Below, piece by piece: positions 10,847 through 23,620 of a stretch of 46,690 nt of DNA. The notes beneath the pieces were generated by a model that worked only from the letters and a program-made list of their open reading frames with translations, did not search any database and was not told the origin of the DNA. Positions within the stretch are counted from its first letter, which is position 1, and every line of letters starts with the position of its first letter. The DNA lies in contig NW_014577065.1 of NCBI RefSeq assembly GCF_000485595.1, forward strand, positions 49,696 to 96,385. Direction: 5' to 3'. Source of the stretch: Priapulus caudatus (taxonomy: Eukaryota). The position numbers and the translations under genes were made by a program.

Positions 10847-13800
10847 TACTAGTTAGCAAACAACTATTCGCAAGACAAGAAGTAGGTAAGCACTCATCCA
10901 TTTTCTACGCAAGCCTACAGACTGAAATAGAGAGCTGTCACCTGAACTAATTAACGCAGGCCAAAAAACTCACAGTACCACCACCAGCATGCACGTGACG
11001 TGGCATGACGCTTAGCATGTAACAACACTGACAGTACAGAATGCATAGAAATTATACGATTTAAGGAGCATAAACTTCCTTTCAACCAAATTGTAGCTTT
11101 TGAAATTGTCAGTGTGACATTTGCTAGCTCATACATCCAGCATGTAGAGATTCTACAGCAAACCCGGCAGTCAAATTTCTGTTCTAACAGTAAACAAATT
11201 TATCCATGTTTACACCCGCCTCTTGAGGTCAAAAGGTTATGCCGACACTTACTCTTTCATGTCGAGAGGAAAGTACATGTTCGATGCGCGTCCTTCTCAA
11301 GTAAAGCCCATAAAAATGCTAGGTCACCTCTGGAAACAAAAGAGTTTTTCAATTGCTCCGTCAGACCATGTTCTCAGAAATGTTAAAATCTGCTCGTGTG
11401 TGCGCCATTGACGTTGACCTGTGACCTCCGAATTTCAGCACAAGTGATGGCTTTCTACCATGATCGTATACACTGACTATCACGAGCCTAGGTTCGAGCC
11501 GTTTAGATTTGGCCGCAATTCTGCAGATTTCCGCCCTATACTTGAGTTAAGGAGGGAATGTTCCCCTTTCTTTTACAGCTGTTGACCTTTGCAACTTTGA
11601 CCCCAGCCTTCAATGCATCCCATTCGTTTTGACGATCCCCCCGACGTCGCGAATATCGTTGACCGTACGCAACTTACAAAAGATTTTCCCAACTGTTGGA
11701 CGCACGGACGCCCCTCATGCGATTCTACGCTGCATCTGACTATGTCAGTGAGCTAAAAAACACAGTATTTCTGATGCAGAAGCAGTACTAGTGGTGGGCC
11801 AGACCACAAACACTATACATATACAAGCATGTTAGTAGGCCATCTTGTTTGTCGCGACAATTTTTAAGTGAGCATACTTAAATGCGGCGTTTACACCTAT
11901 CAACGGTTTTGCTGAAAAGTGACGAGTTCATCAGCTTACAACTTAATCGACCAAAAGTCAGCAGTGTACACGTAAAATTTGGATGCTCAGCAAGCTGATA
12001 GGAGCTAGTTAAGAAATTAGAACTATGTTCTATTTTCTCTACTTTTGGTTATGCGAGTTTGATCAAGTTTTTTGCCACTCAGCCACCATCTGATAACAGC
12101 TCTCCACCCTAGGGCGGGGAGAGCACGCTTTTGCTATTGGCCCGCCACACTGAGCGCGAATTAATACATGCAAACAGATTGTACCCTTGGGCACCCCGCA
12201 TGTCCACTTGTTGGGTCAAATGTTGAACGTTTGGGACTCTGCGGTCGATAAACACAAAAAACTTTGAACATCTAATAGAAAGGTTGACAGAATCGTTGAA
12301 AAATCTTATCAATGCGGGGCAACTTTCTCCATAGTGTAAACCCAGCTTTTAGAGAAAGAGAGAAAGAGAAGGAGAGAGATGGCAAAAGCGAAGATCGCCG
12401 CGAGAGGAAGATTGTGAGCAGGAGATGGGTGCGAGAGTAAGATGTAAAGCTGACTGAAACTAACAAACACAGAATAGCATAAAAAGGAACGATGGAAAAC
12501 CCCGCAGACGAATGAACATAGTGGGACAGCGGAATTGTGAGTAAACAGCTGAGACGTTTAACATTACGCATGGGGGAAGAGAGACGAAGTTAGATAGAGA
12601 AATAAAGGGCAGATGTGCAGAGGTCACAAAGATAATTAAGAGGAAATGTGCAAGGGTGGACATAAAAAGTAGGATAAAAGAAACTGAAGAGGTCGATTTG
12701 ACAGGAGCTGACAGAGAAAGGCTTTTTATTTGATTTAATTTGCTTAAGCTATGTTACTCAACATCATACAGCTTTCATCTATTCAAATGGTTTTAACATA
12801 TTTTCAGATATACAACAATAAATAAACGTACCCAAACAAAACGTTGCACAATACCAGTAACAAACATCCAGACAAGAAACAAACTTTGGACCTATTCTCG
12901 GTAACTGCCAAGAAAAAAACATTTTAGAAAAATGTTGATGCAAAAATTGTTGATGAAAAAAATGTGTCCATAATAACTTGTACAATGACAAGTTTGAAAA
13001 AAGTGCATGCAGATATTTACATATTTACTTTTATAACCAATATATTTCTTAAATGCTGTTGCAGTAATTTTACATAACATGATTTTATTATTATTTAAAT
13101 TTATAAAAAATAAATGGTTTACAAAAACTATGAGTACAAACTACATTAATTTTCCACAGAGACAAAAAAATTTACCAACATTGCAATAATGGGGCAGTCA
13201 GAAACATAACTAAGCATAAATGCCAAACACAAAGCCAGGACTGTATCACTCATCCCTTTTCTTAGTCTAGAAATTGTCAACTGGTAAAATTTAGAATTCA
13301 GAACATGTGATTATTTAAACATGATGCCATTACTAATATAAACTTGCAGTAAGGAATATTTTAACCTCCTGAGTAGCAATTCAAGGCTACTAAGAATAGT
13401 ACTTAATATAACAGAAATCCATATTACCAGAGGGGCAAGATATCATTGCTGTACATGCATATGACATTATTTGCTAGAGAATTGGTAATTCATAGAAAAA
13501 ATGGGTTTACCAATACCATCATGCCAGTTATCCACATTTAAATAGACACATTACTTGCAACTGCTCAGACAAAATTAATACACCAAACTCACACAAGTCA
13601 CCATGCAACTTGGATCCGATCAAAAAGTACAATTTACTCTGTAAGATACTCAATATTAATGTTATACTTACTGTTTTGGAAAAAGGTGCAATAATGAACA
13701 TTGGAACAAGATTAAGCATGCTGAAGTCAAACAAACCGCCAAGCTGAGCAATGTAAGTTTAGCAGTTCTGTCCATAGAGAAGGAACGGATGTGTCTCTAT

Positions 13801-16800
13801 TATCATCATTCATCCATCCCCATCTTCCTGCTATTTTTCCTGCTTAAACTTCCTTGCTGAACTTTGCAGTAATCCTCTCTGCACTATGAATAATATCTGC
13901 ATGACTGGCACTTGTGCTAGCCTGCTTCAACTGTAGAAGGCGAGTGGTGACTTGGGGTAGTTTGCCAGACGAGAAGCAAGTGTTTCGCTGATGCTCTTGC
14001 CTGTTGCTAGCAACTGACCTGTTTTAACAAATAATTTTAATTGTTTGATATCCATCTATAGTAAATGCTGCATATATATGCCATGACAGTTACAAACGAA
14101 CTTTACCAGTTATTTATTTATAAAAAATAATATTGTGCATTTGGATCCGTCTGAACACAATAGCCCTGCTGATGCAATATGATAAATTTGTAGAAAAAAA
14201 AATAAACAAAATCAGAAATGACAAAAAGACAATTTTTGTGTTGTTTTACATTGAGTACTACGTAATTAAGGCATCCTATTATGAAGCTAAACTAACACTA
14301 AAAATGGTAATTATGAATCTATAACATATATTGCCACACTGCATGCAATATGCTAGCATACAATGACTGAGTGACAAAAATGGAAGGCTTTAAAATTGTA
14401 TTACAAATTTTTATGACAAATTGGAAGTTTTATTTTGGCTAATGCTCCATTTCATAGGATCGAGTGTTCCCCAAACTTGATATCATTACCCTAACCCTAA
14501 CCTAAACCTAACCTATAACATAACCCTAACCATTACATGACATTAAAGGATCTTACCTCCTAAATGGATCGAGTATCACCCTTTAATTGACATTAAAATT
14601 CATTAAATTACCTTTAATCTGGTTTAGTATTTTCTTCTTATCAAGAAATTGTGGGAGGATGAATGCCCTATAACTTGTATGTTGAGGATTGCTAGTTCCC
14701 AGCCGTGCTGAATTCTGAGCAAAATCAGATCAGAAAAATATATAATGCTGTCATATATCTATAGCTTATAACGCCATGCAACATCTGAAATAAAATCCGC
14801 AACACACATCCAATATAGTTTTACCATACCATGGGTTGCGAAATTAACGGGAGCGAGTCCGGAGTCAAATACTCTCTTGATTACTGTCGGACTCCCTGAT
14901 TTGACATATGCAGGAGTCCTGGTGACAGACCCCTAAAAATTCTGCCCCATACTACTATATAGTTCGTTCGCGAATGCACGGCCCGCACAGAATTACCATC
15001 TTTTTTCAGGTAATGCCCAAAGAAAATTTTGGCAGACGGTGCCAACTGCATTAATCTTAAAAAATAAGCTCACATGCGTTATTGTTACATATCTTCTAAA
15101 TTTTAAACCTCAGTGACTGCGGACTCCCTCATTTTCGCCGCGGATCCCTCTTTTTTAGGGTCAGGGGTCGTTGGCTCCTGTGTTTCTACTGGTTAATTTC
15201 TAATTTGTCTACCTGCCATACATATAATAACCTGTCTAACTATTTATATAGCCAATTAACTTCCATTGCATATATTACCTCAAGTACACATTTTTACCTC
15301 AGAACTCAAGTAATTCCAGTACACATCGGTTTAAGGTGGACAAGTCCATAGAATAGCACAACTGCAGAATAACCTGCTGGCGCATATTATTATATATATA
15401 TAATTAACCACTTGAACTAATTCAATTAATTTTCAGTAATAAACTTAGAAATTTATGCTCTGTTTCTTGTACAACACATATTTTGGTTAGACTTGTTCTC
15501 AGGATTTCACCATTGAAAAACAACCAGAGCCCCATCTATAACCAGTTAATATACACGTACAGCATGTCATGATCCAAGTGCTAAGTAACATGGACACCTG
15601 GCCTATATATTTAAAATACGACAAAGATTAAAAAACAACATTCTAATAATAGAATAGTGAACCCTTAACCACTGGGCCGTAATCCTAATACAGTTTCGAT
15701 CAAAGATGCCATTTGTTTATTGGTCAGATCAACTCAAACTTGAATGAACACGGATTGAATGATAGGTGCTAACCCTCAATAACCCTGCTGGTGAGCTTGG
15801 GGCTCAAATGTAATCCAATTTGGTGACATTGCCACTTGACCAGCCAGTCATCCTTGTTGGTTTAGTTAAAAACCATCTTTATTAATAGCGTCACATGCAA
15901 TACACCTGACTTGCTGGAGCCGAGTTGCGTTTGATTTGGGCCAGATCAGGCTAAGTGAGATATCAGATTAAGTTGATCCAGATCAGATATGGGACCATCA
16001 CAAACAAACAAGCCAGTCCATTATACTCCCAGGAGCCCAGCCAACGGCCTGAGAGGCGTCTATGTCCCCAGGAGTACTGCCGGAACGTACCCTTAGGTAC
16101 CATATCTAATAATAATATGCCGGACCGGTACCTCGCCTACTCCACTAACGAGTCTAGGGAGTCACCCCCACACCTACTCCCTCGACTGCTAAACCCTAAC
16201 CCTAACCATATCAAATAGTTACCATGGGTACGTTCCGGTATACCAGACCGTACCCAGAGGTACGTTCCGGCAGTAACCTGCGGGACATAGACCCTATGGA
16301 GCCCCAGCAACTGATGCAAGACAACTCAAGTCGTATATATACATACTTACTTAAAAGGATTTTCTGTTAGTAATGAACCGATGACTGCCAATCTACCAGT
16401 AGTATCTTTGCTTAAGATTACTCATTTATCAATGGAAACTTTAAAACAAAAAATGTTATTAATGAACTATATACAGGGACAATTAAACCATGCTATGTAT
16501 TATCATAAACATTATATGTATACTATAGCAAACCTATGACAGTTTACTCATGTCTGTCTTAAAGCAACAAGATTATGCCACTCGCAGATTTTTACAATGT
16601 CTACCACATGCAGTACTTCCACAACACTGAGACGGGGTAAAACAGTGAAAACCGCAGTGTACAGAAACAAAATTATGAAAGGATGCCCAAGGTGGTACGC
16701 GGGTTGACTGTGATGCCTCAGTTTAGCTTGTCACTCAGCAGACAGCTAAGTATCTTTTATCGGATCCTAACTATAGGCCGCCCGCACACGCTCTGTTTTG

Positions 16801-17070
16801 TGCTTGCCCGCCATCGGCCACGCGCTGGTGATGGCGCAGCACAAAACACAAGCGTGTGCGCATGGAAACGCTATCCGATTTCTTGCGTCTGAAAATATCA
16901 CACGTGTGTTTGATATTTCTTCACGTGTGGCAGATTGCACAGCGTTGTTGCGGATGGCTGTGGTCAAGTTCCACACCGGTCTCTATGTACCGACCAATAC
17001 CAGCCCAGTCAACGATACACGAATTGATTCTTAACTGCCGGTTGCAGGCGCGGTTTGCACTGGCCGGTTA
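10847..17070 (-). repeat. Inverted duplication (reverse complement of ~18095-24062), indel-rich; probable assembly artefact
   Basis: Collinear reverse-complement match along its whole length (e.g. 10847-10960 vs 23950-24062; 16340-16440 vs 18690-18790), differing mainly by single-base indels. Confidence 0.92.
12832..14018 (-). pseudogene. Frameshifted mirror copies of three SLC18B1 exons (12832-12904, 13176-13266, 13672-14018) inside the inverted duplication
   Basis: LPRIGPKFV and IIAPFSKT fragments in the ORF track; frames broken by indels; likely artefactual. Confidence 0.7.
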
Positions 17071-18373
17071 CATTGGCGTGTACCCGCGTGTACGTGCGTT
17101 TGTATCTCCCACGTGAGCCTGCTGTACGTGCTGTACCCGCATATACGTGGTGTATTCTGTCTGTGTACGTGCGTGTATCTGGGTGTGTGTACGTGGTGTA
17201 CCGCCGCGTGTACGTTGCTTGTTACCCGACTTGTCGTGCGTGTATCTCCGGTGTACCCGTGTACGTTGTGCGTGTACCCGCTACGTGCACATGCGTCTCC
17301 TGTACCCCGCCGTGCATGTAATCTGGAGCTGCGTGTATCTGTGTGTACGTGCGTGTACCCGGGACGTGCGTTGGTTATCCGCGTGGTACCCTCGTGTATC
17401 CGCGATGTACTCCCACCGTGTACGTGCGGCTGTTACGTGCGTGTATCCGCGGATGTACCCGCCGTGCTACCGTCGCCCTGTTGTACGTGTGTTACATGCG
17501 TGTACTGTGCGTGTACCCGCATGTTACGTGCGTGTATCTGTGTGTACCTTGCGTTGTTAACCCGCGTGTACGTGCGTGTATCCGCGTTGTACGTGCGGGA
17601 CACCGGGCGTTGAATCGTGCGTCGTACGCTGCTTGGTACCGTGCTGTGGTACGTGCGTGTACGTGCGTGTACGTGCTTCTGTACGTGCGTGACGCGTGCG
17701 TGTACCCGCCGTGCACGCGCGAGGCCGTGGTGTACCGCGTGCACGTGCGTACCCAGCCGTGTACGTGGTGTACCGCAGATGCAACCGCGCCGGGATGCAA
17801 CCGCAATGTTAAGATCATGGACTCGCTTGACATGCTGCTATTTGGTCGGTTACATAGAAGCGGTCGTGGAAACTGACACAGCCACTCCGCACACGCTGTG
17901 CAATCTGCCCACACGTGGAAGAAAAATATCAAAGACGTGATGCATATTTTCCACACGCAAGAAATCGTATGCGTTTGCATGCGCATACGTGCGTGTACCC
18001 GCGTGCACGTGCGTGTACCGCGTGTACGTGCGTGTACCCGCGTGTACGTGCGTGTACCCGCGTGTACGTGCATGTACCCGCGTGTACGTGCGTGTACCGC
18101 AGTGCAACCGCGCTGCAACCGCAAGTTAAGATCACGTGACTCGCTTGACCTGCTGCTATTGGTCGGTTACATAGAGCCGGTGTGGAACTTGACACAGCCA
18201 CTCCGCACACGCTGTGCAATCTGCCACACGTGGAAGAAAATATCAAACACGTGTGATATTTTCCACACGCAAGAAATCGATGCGTTTGCATGCGCACACG
18301 CTGTGTTTTGTGCTGCGCCATCAGCCACGCGTGGCCGATGGCGCAGCACAAAACACAGCGTGTGCGGCGGGCT
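17070..18373 (+). mobile_element. Body and right TIR of the Harbinger-type MITE, with internal (GCGTGTACCCGCGTGTACGT)n arrays and a duplicated ~210-bp block
   Basis: Tandem 20-mer at 17070-17775 and 17990-18098; block 17775-17985 repeated at 18098-18295; ends GTGTGCGGCGGGCT|TTA. Confidence 0.85.
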
Positions 18374-18694
18374 TTAGTTAGGTCCCATAAAAGTACTTAG
18401 CTGTCTGCTGAGTGACAAGCTAAACTGAGCATGCACAGTCAACCCCGTACCACCTTGGCATGCTTCATAATTTTGTTTCTGTACACTGCGGTTTATCCTG
18501 TTTCTAGCCCGGTCCTCAGTGTTGTGGAAGTACTGCCATGTGGTAGACATTGTAAAAATGTCGAGTGCATAATCTTTTGCTTTACAGACACTGCAGTAAC
18601 TGTCATAGGTTGTATAGTATATATATGTTTATGATAAAATGTAGCATTTAATTGTCACGTATATAGTTCATTAATAACATTTTTTGTTTTAAAG

Positions 18695-18775
18695 TTTCCA
18701 TTGATAAAGAGTATCTATAGCAAGATACTACTGGTAGATTGCAGTCATGGTTCATACTACAGAAAATCCTTTTAA
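18695..18775 (+). CDS. SLC18B1: Probable first coding exon of the SLC18B1-like gene (sequence errors obscure the frame)
   Basis: ttttaaag| ... |gtaagt boundaries; the mirror copy (16351-16440) retains ATGAGTAATCTTAAG; ends ...TENPF(K). Confidence 0.4.
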   Translation, partial: FPLIKSIYSKILLVDCSHGSYYRKSF

Positions 18776-18828
18776 GTAAGTATGTATATATACGACTTGA
18801 GTTGTCTTGCTCAGTTGCTGGGGCTCAT

Positions 18829-19055
18829 AGGGTCTATGTCCCCCAGGTTACTGCCGGAACGTACTCTGGGTACGGTCTGGTATACCGGAACGTACCCTGG
18901 TAACTATTTGATATGGTTAGGGTTAGGGTTAGAGTGAGGGAGTAGGTGTGGGGGTGACTCCCTAGACTCGTTAGTGGAGTAGGCGAGGTACGGTCCGGCA
19001 TATTAGATATGGTACCAGGGTACGTTCCGGCAGTACCCTGGGGGACATAGACCCT
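18829..19055. mobile_element. MITE with AGGGTCTATGTCCCC TIRs and internal TTAGGG repeats
   Basis: ~45-bp inverted termini; related terminus at 41715-41777. Confidence 0.8.
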
Positions 19056-19845
19056 CTCAGCATTGCTGGGTTTGGGAGTATAATGGCCTGGCTGTTTGTT
19101 TGTGATGGTCCCATATCTGATCTGGATCACTTAATCTGATATCTCACTTAGCCTGACCTGCCCAAACAAACGCAAACTCGGCTCCAGCAGGTCAGGTGTC
19201 ATTGCATGTGACCTATTATAAGATGGTTTATAACTACCAACAAGGATGACTGGCTGGTCAAGTGGCATGTCACCAAATTGGATTACATTTGAGCCCAGCT
19301 CACCAGCAGGGTTATGAGGGTTAGCACCTCATTCAATCCGGTTCATCAAGTTTAGTTGATCTGACCAAACAAATGGCCACTTGATCGAACTGTATTAGGA
19401 TTACCCCAGTGGTTAAGTGTTCCTATTCTATCTATAGATGTGTTTTATCTTTGTCGTATTTTAAATATATAGGCCAGGTGTCCATGTTACTTAGCACTTG
19501 GATCATGACATGCTGTACGTGTTATATACTGGTTATAGATGGGGCTCTGGTTGTTTTCAATGGTGAAATCTTGAGGAACAAGTCTTAACAGAAATATGTG
19601 TTGTACAAAACAGAGCATAAATTTTAAGTTTATTACTGAAAATTTAATTGAATTAGTTCAAGTGTTAATTATATATATATATATAATATGCCCAGCAGTT
19701 TTCTGAGTTGTGCTATTCTAGGACTTGTCACCTTAAAAGATGTGTACTGGATTACTTGAGTTCTGAGGTAAAATGTTACTTGAGGTAAAATATATGCAAA
19801 TGGAAGTAATTGCTATATAATATTAGAAGGTTATTATATGTATGG

Positions 19846-20213
19846 CAGGTGTAGAAAATTAGAAATTAACATATGAACACAGGAGTCCAACGGACTCCCT
19901 ACCCTCAAAAAGAGGGAGTCCGCGGCAAAATGAGGGAGTCCGCAGTCTGAGGTTTAAAATTTAGAAGATATTAACAATAACGCATGTGCTTATTTTTAAG
20001 ATTCATGCAGTTGCACGTCTGCCAAATTTTCTTTGGGCATTACCTGAAAAAAGATGGTAATTCTGTGAGGCCGTGCTCCGAACGAACTATATAGTTAGTA
20101 TGGCAGAATTTTTAGGGGGTCTGTCACACGGACTCCTGCATATGTCAAATCAGGGAGTCCGACAGTAAATCAGAGAGTATTTGACTCCGGACTCCCGTTA
20201 ATTTCGCACCCTG
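19846..20213. mobile_element. hAT-like MITE (CAGG..GAAATTAAC termini; GGAGTCC subterminal repeats)
   Basis: Imperfect TIRs; GTATGG repeated on both flanks. Confidence 0.55.
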
Positions 20214-20457
20214 GTATGGTAACTAATTGGATGTGTGTTGCAGGATTTTATTTCAGATGGTTATAGCATGGTTATAGCTATAGGGATATATGACAGCATT
20301 ATAATTTGTTTCTGATCGATTTTGCTCAGATTCAGCACCCTGGGAACTAGCAATAATCAACATCAAGTTAGAGGGCAATATCATCCTCCACCAATTCTTG
20401 ATAAGAAGAAAATACCTAAACCAGTAAAGGTAATTAATAATTTTAATGTAATTAAAG

Positions 20458-20594
20458 GGTGATACTCGATCCATTAGGAGTAAATCCTTTAATGTCATTA
20501 ATGGTTAGGGTTATGTTATAGGTTAGGTTAGGGTTAGGGTTAGGGTAATGATATCAAAGTTGGGAACACTCGATCCTATAATGGAGCATTAGCC
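20458..20594. mobile_element. Small MITE with an internal (TTAGGG)n tract
   Basis: Imperfect inverted termini around GGTTAGGG repeats; deleted relative at 31502-31557. Confidence 0.65.
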
Positions 20595-21009
20595 AAATAA
20601 AACCTTCCAATTTGTCATAAAATTTGTAATACAATTTAAAGCCTTCCATTTTGTCACTCAGTCAGTTGTATGCTAGCATATTGCATGCAGTGTGGCAATA
20701 TATGTTATAGATCCATAATTAACCAATTTTTAGTGTTAGTTTAGCTTCATATAGATGCCTTAATTAGTAGTACTCATGTAAAACATACACAAAAATTTGT
20801 CTTTTTGTCATTTCTGATTTTGTTTATTTTTTTTCTACAAATTTTATCATATTGCATACAGGGCTATTGTGTTCAGAGGATCAATATGGCACAATATTAT
20901 TTTTATAAATAAATAACTGGTAAATCGTTTGTAACTGTCATGGCATATATATGCAGCATGTTACTATAGATGGATATGCAAACAATTAAAATTATTTGTT
21001 TAATAACAG

Positions 21010-21333
21010 GTCTTGCTACAAAGGCAAAGCAATCCAGCGAAACATTGCTCTCGTCATGCAACTACCCCCAAGTCACCATTGCCTTCTACAGTTGAACAGG
21101 CTAGCACAAGTGCCAGTCATGCAGATATTATTCATAGTGCAGAGAGGATTACTGCAAGTTCACAGGAAGTTAAGCAGGAAATAGCAGAAGATGGGGATGA
21201 TGATGATGATAATAGAGACACATCGTTCTTCTCTATGGACAGAACTGCTAAACTTACATTGCTCAGCTTGGCGGTTGTTGACTTCACAGCATATCTTTCA
21301 ATGTCAATTATTGCACCCTTTTTTCCCAAAACA
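21010..21333 (+). CDS. SLC18B1: SLC18B1-like MFS transporter exon (N-terminal tail and TM1)
   Basis: ...EDGDDDDDNRDTSFFSMDRTAKLTLLSLAVVDFTAYLSMSIIAPFFPKT|gtaagt; S.IAPFFP is the SLC18B1 TM1 signature. Confidence 0.88.
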
Positions 21334-21721
21334 GTAAGTATAACATTAATATTGAGTATTTACAAGTAATTGTACTTTTTGATGGATCAAGTTGCATGGT
21401 GTGATTGTGTGATTTGGTGTATTAATTTGTCTGAACAGTTGCAAGTATGTGTCTATTAAAATTGATAACTGGCATGATGGTATTGGGTAACCATTTTTTT
21501 CTATGAAATTACCAATTCTCTAGCAAATATATGTCATATGTCATGTTACAATGATATGCTTGCCCTCTGGTCAAATATGATTTCTGTTATATTAAGTACT
21601 ATTCTTAGTACCTTGAATTGCTACTCAAATTAAATATTCCTACTGCAAGTTTATATTTAGTATGGCATCATGTTTAATAATCACATGTTTGAAGTTCTAA
21701 TTTTACCGTTGACATTTCTAG

Positions 21722-21817
21722 GCTAATGAAAAAGGGATGAGTGATACAGTCTCTGGCTTTGTGTTTGGCATTTATGCTTTAGTTATGTTTCTTGGATGCC
21801 CCATTATTGGCATGTTG
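21722..21817 (+). CDS. SLC18B1: SLC18B1-like exon (TM2)
   Basis: ANEKGMSDTVSGFVFGIYALVMFLGCPIIGML; AG/GT, phase 0-0. Confidence 0.92.
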
Positions 21818-22070
21818 GTAAGTTTTATTTGTCTCTGTGAAATTAATGTAGTTTGTACTATAGTTTTTGTACCATTTATTTTTAATAATTTAAATAATAT
21901 AAAATCATGTTATGTAAATTACTGCAACAGCATTTAAGATATATTGGTTATAAAAGTAAATATGTAAATATCTGCATGCCACTTTTTTCAAATTGTCATT
22001 GTACAGTTATTATGGACACATTTTTCATCAACATTTTTCATCAACTCTTTTCTAAATGTTTTTCTTGCAG

Positions 22071-22144
22071 TTACCGAGAATAGGTCCAAAGTTTGTCTTC
22101 TTGTCTGGGATGTTTGTTACTGGTATTTGCAACGTTTTGTTTGG
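22071..22144 (+). CDS. SLC18B1: SLC18B1-like exon (MFS motif A loop, TM3)
   Basis: LPRIGPKFVFLSGMFVTGICNVLFG; phase 0-2. Confidence 0.92.
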
Positions 22145-22602
22145 GTACGTATTATTGTTGTATATCTGAAAATATGTTAAACCATTAATAGATGAAAGTG
22201 TATGATGTTGATAACATAGCTTAACAAATTAAATCAAATAAAAAGCCTTTCTCTCCAGCTCCTGTCAAATCGACCTCTTCAGTTTCTTTTATCCTACCTT
22301 TTTTATGTCCACCCTTGCACATTTCCTCTTTAATCTATCTTTGTTCCTCTCCCCATCTCCCTTTATTTCTCTATCTAACTCTCTCTCTCTCCCATGCGTA
22401 TGTTTATACGTCTCAGCTGTTTACTCACAATTCCCTGTCCCACTATGTCTTGTCTCGGGTTTTCCATCGTTCCTTTTTATGCTATTCTGTGTTGTTGTTT
22501 CAGTCACTTTACCATCTTACTCTCCACCATCTTCCTCTCCACCATCTTCCTCTCCGCCATCTTCCTTTTCATCTCTCTCCTTCTCTTTCTTTCTTTCTCT
22601 AA

Positions 22603-23043
22603 AGCTGGGTTTACACTATGGAAAAGTTGCCGCATTGATAAGTTTTTCAACGTTCTGTCAACCTTTCTATTAGATGTTCAAAGTTTTTGTGTTATCGACC
22701 GCGAGTCGGCAAACGTTTCAACATTTGACCCACAGTGACATGCGGGGTGCCAAGGGTACACATGTTTGCATGTATTAATTCGCGCCAGTGTGGCGCCAAT
22801 AGCAAAAGCGTGCTCTCCCCCAGGGTGGAGAGCTGTTATCAGAGTGGCTGAGTGGCAAAAACTTGATCAACTCGCTAACCAAAAGTAGAGAAAATAGAAC
22901 ATAGTTCTAATTTCTTAACTAGCTCCTATCAGCTTGCTGAGCACTCAAATTTTACGTGTACACTGCTGACTTTTGGTCGATTAGTTGTAAAGCTGATGAA
23001 CTCGTCAACTTTTCAGCAAAACGTTGATAGTGTAAACCCAGCT
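22603..23043. mobile_element. PIF/Harbinger-type MITE, TAA TSD
   Basis: TAA|AGCTGGGTTTACACTAT...ATAGTGTAAACCCAGCT|TAA. Confidence 0.85.
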
Positions 23044-23151
23044 TAAGTATCTCACTTAAAAATTGTCCCCAAACAAATGCTACTAACATGCTGTATATGT
23101 ATAGTGTTGTGGTCTGGCCACCACTAGTACTGCTTCTGCATCAGAATACTG

Positions 23152-23620
23152 TTTTTAGCTCATCTGACATAGTCAGATGCAGCTTGTAGAATCGCATGAG
23201 CGTGCGTCCGTGCGTCCGTCCGTCCGGCCGTGCGTCAACAGTTGGGCACAAATCTTAACCGCTTGACGTACGGTCACGATATTCGGGACGTCGGGGGGGA
23301 TCGTCAAAACGAGATGGGATGTTGAAGCTGGGGGTCAAAGTTCAAAGGTCAAGAGGTGTAAAAGAAGGGGGAACATTCCCTCCTTAACTCAAGGTATAGG
23401 GAGGAAATGCAGAATTGCGGCACAAATCTAAACGGCTCGACCTAGGCTCGTGATAGTCAGTGTATAGCATCATGGTAGGAAAAGCCATCACTGTGCTGAA
23501 ATTGGAGGTCACAGGTCAAAGGTCAATGGGCACAGAGCAGATTTTAAACATTTTCTGAGAACATGGTCTGACGGAGCAATTGAAAAACTTTTTTGTTTCA
23601 GAGGTGACCTAGCATTTTTA
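23152..23620 (+). mobile_element. Helentron-associated (HINE/pearl-like) non-autonomous element; right end approximate
   Basis: TTTTT start, AGCTCATCTGAC-ATA-GTCAGATGCAGCT hairpin, (GTCC)n microsatellite, GGTCAAAGGTCA repeats. Confidence 0.55.

Noticed and set aside
12832..16440. Second, divergently oriented SLC18B1 paralogue
   Set aside because: Introns and TEs are copied too, differences are random indels, and the copy ends at a gap; this fits an error-rich duplicate read rather than a gene.
17055..18377. Cluster of long overlapping ORFs (up to 210 aa, rich in R/V/C/T/H)
   Set aside because: Translations of a stop-poor 20-bp tandem repeat within a MITE.
22990..23025. Other CTGATGA hammerhead cores (also ~3727 and ~25273)
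   Set aside because: No stem II followed by a GAAA-like box.
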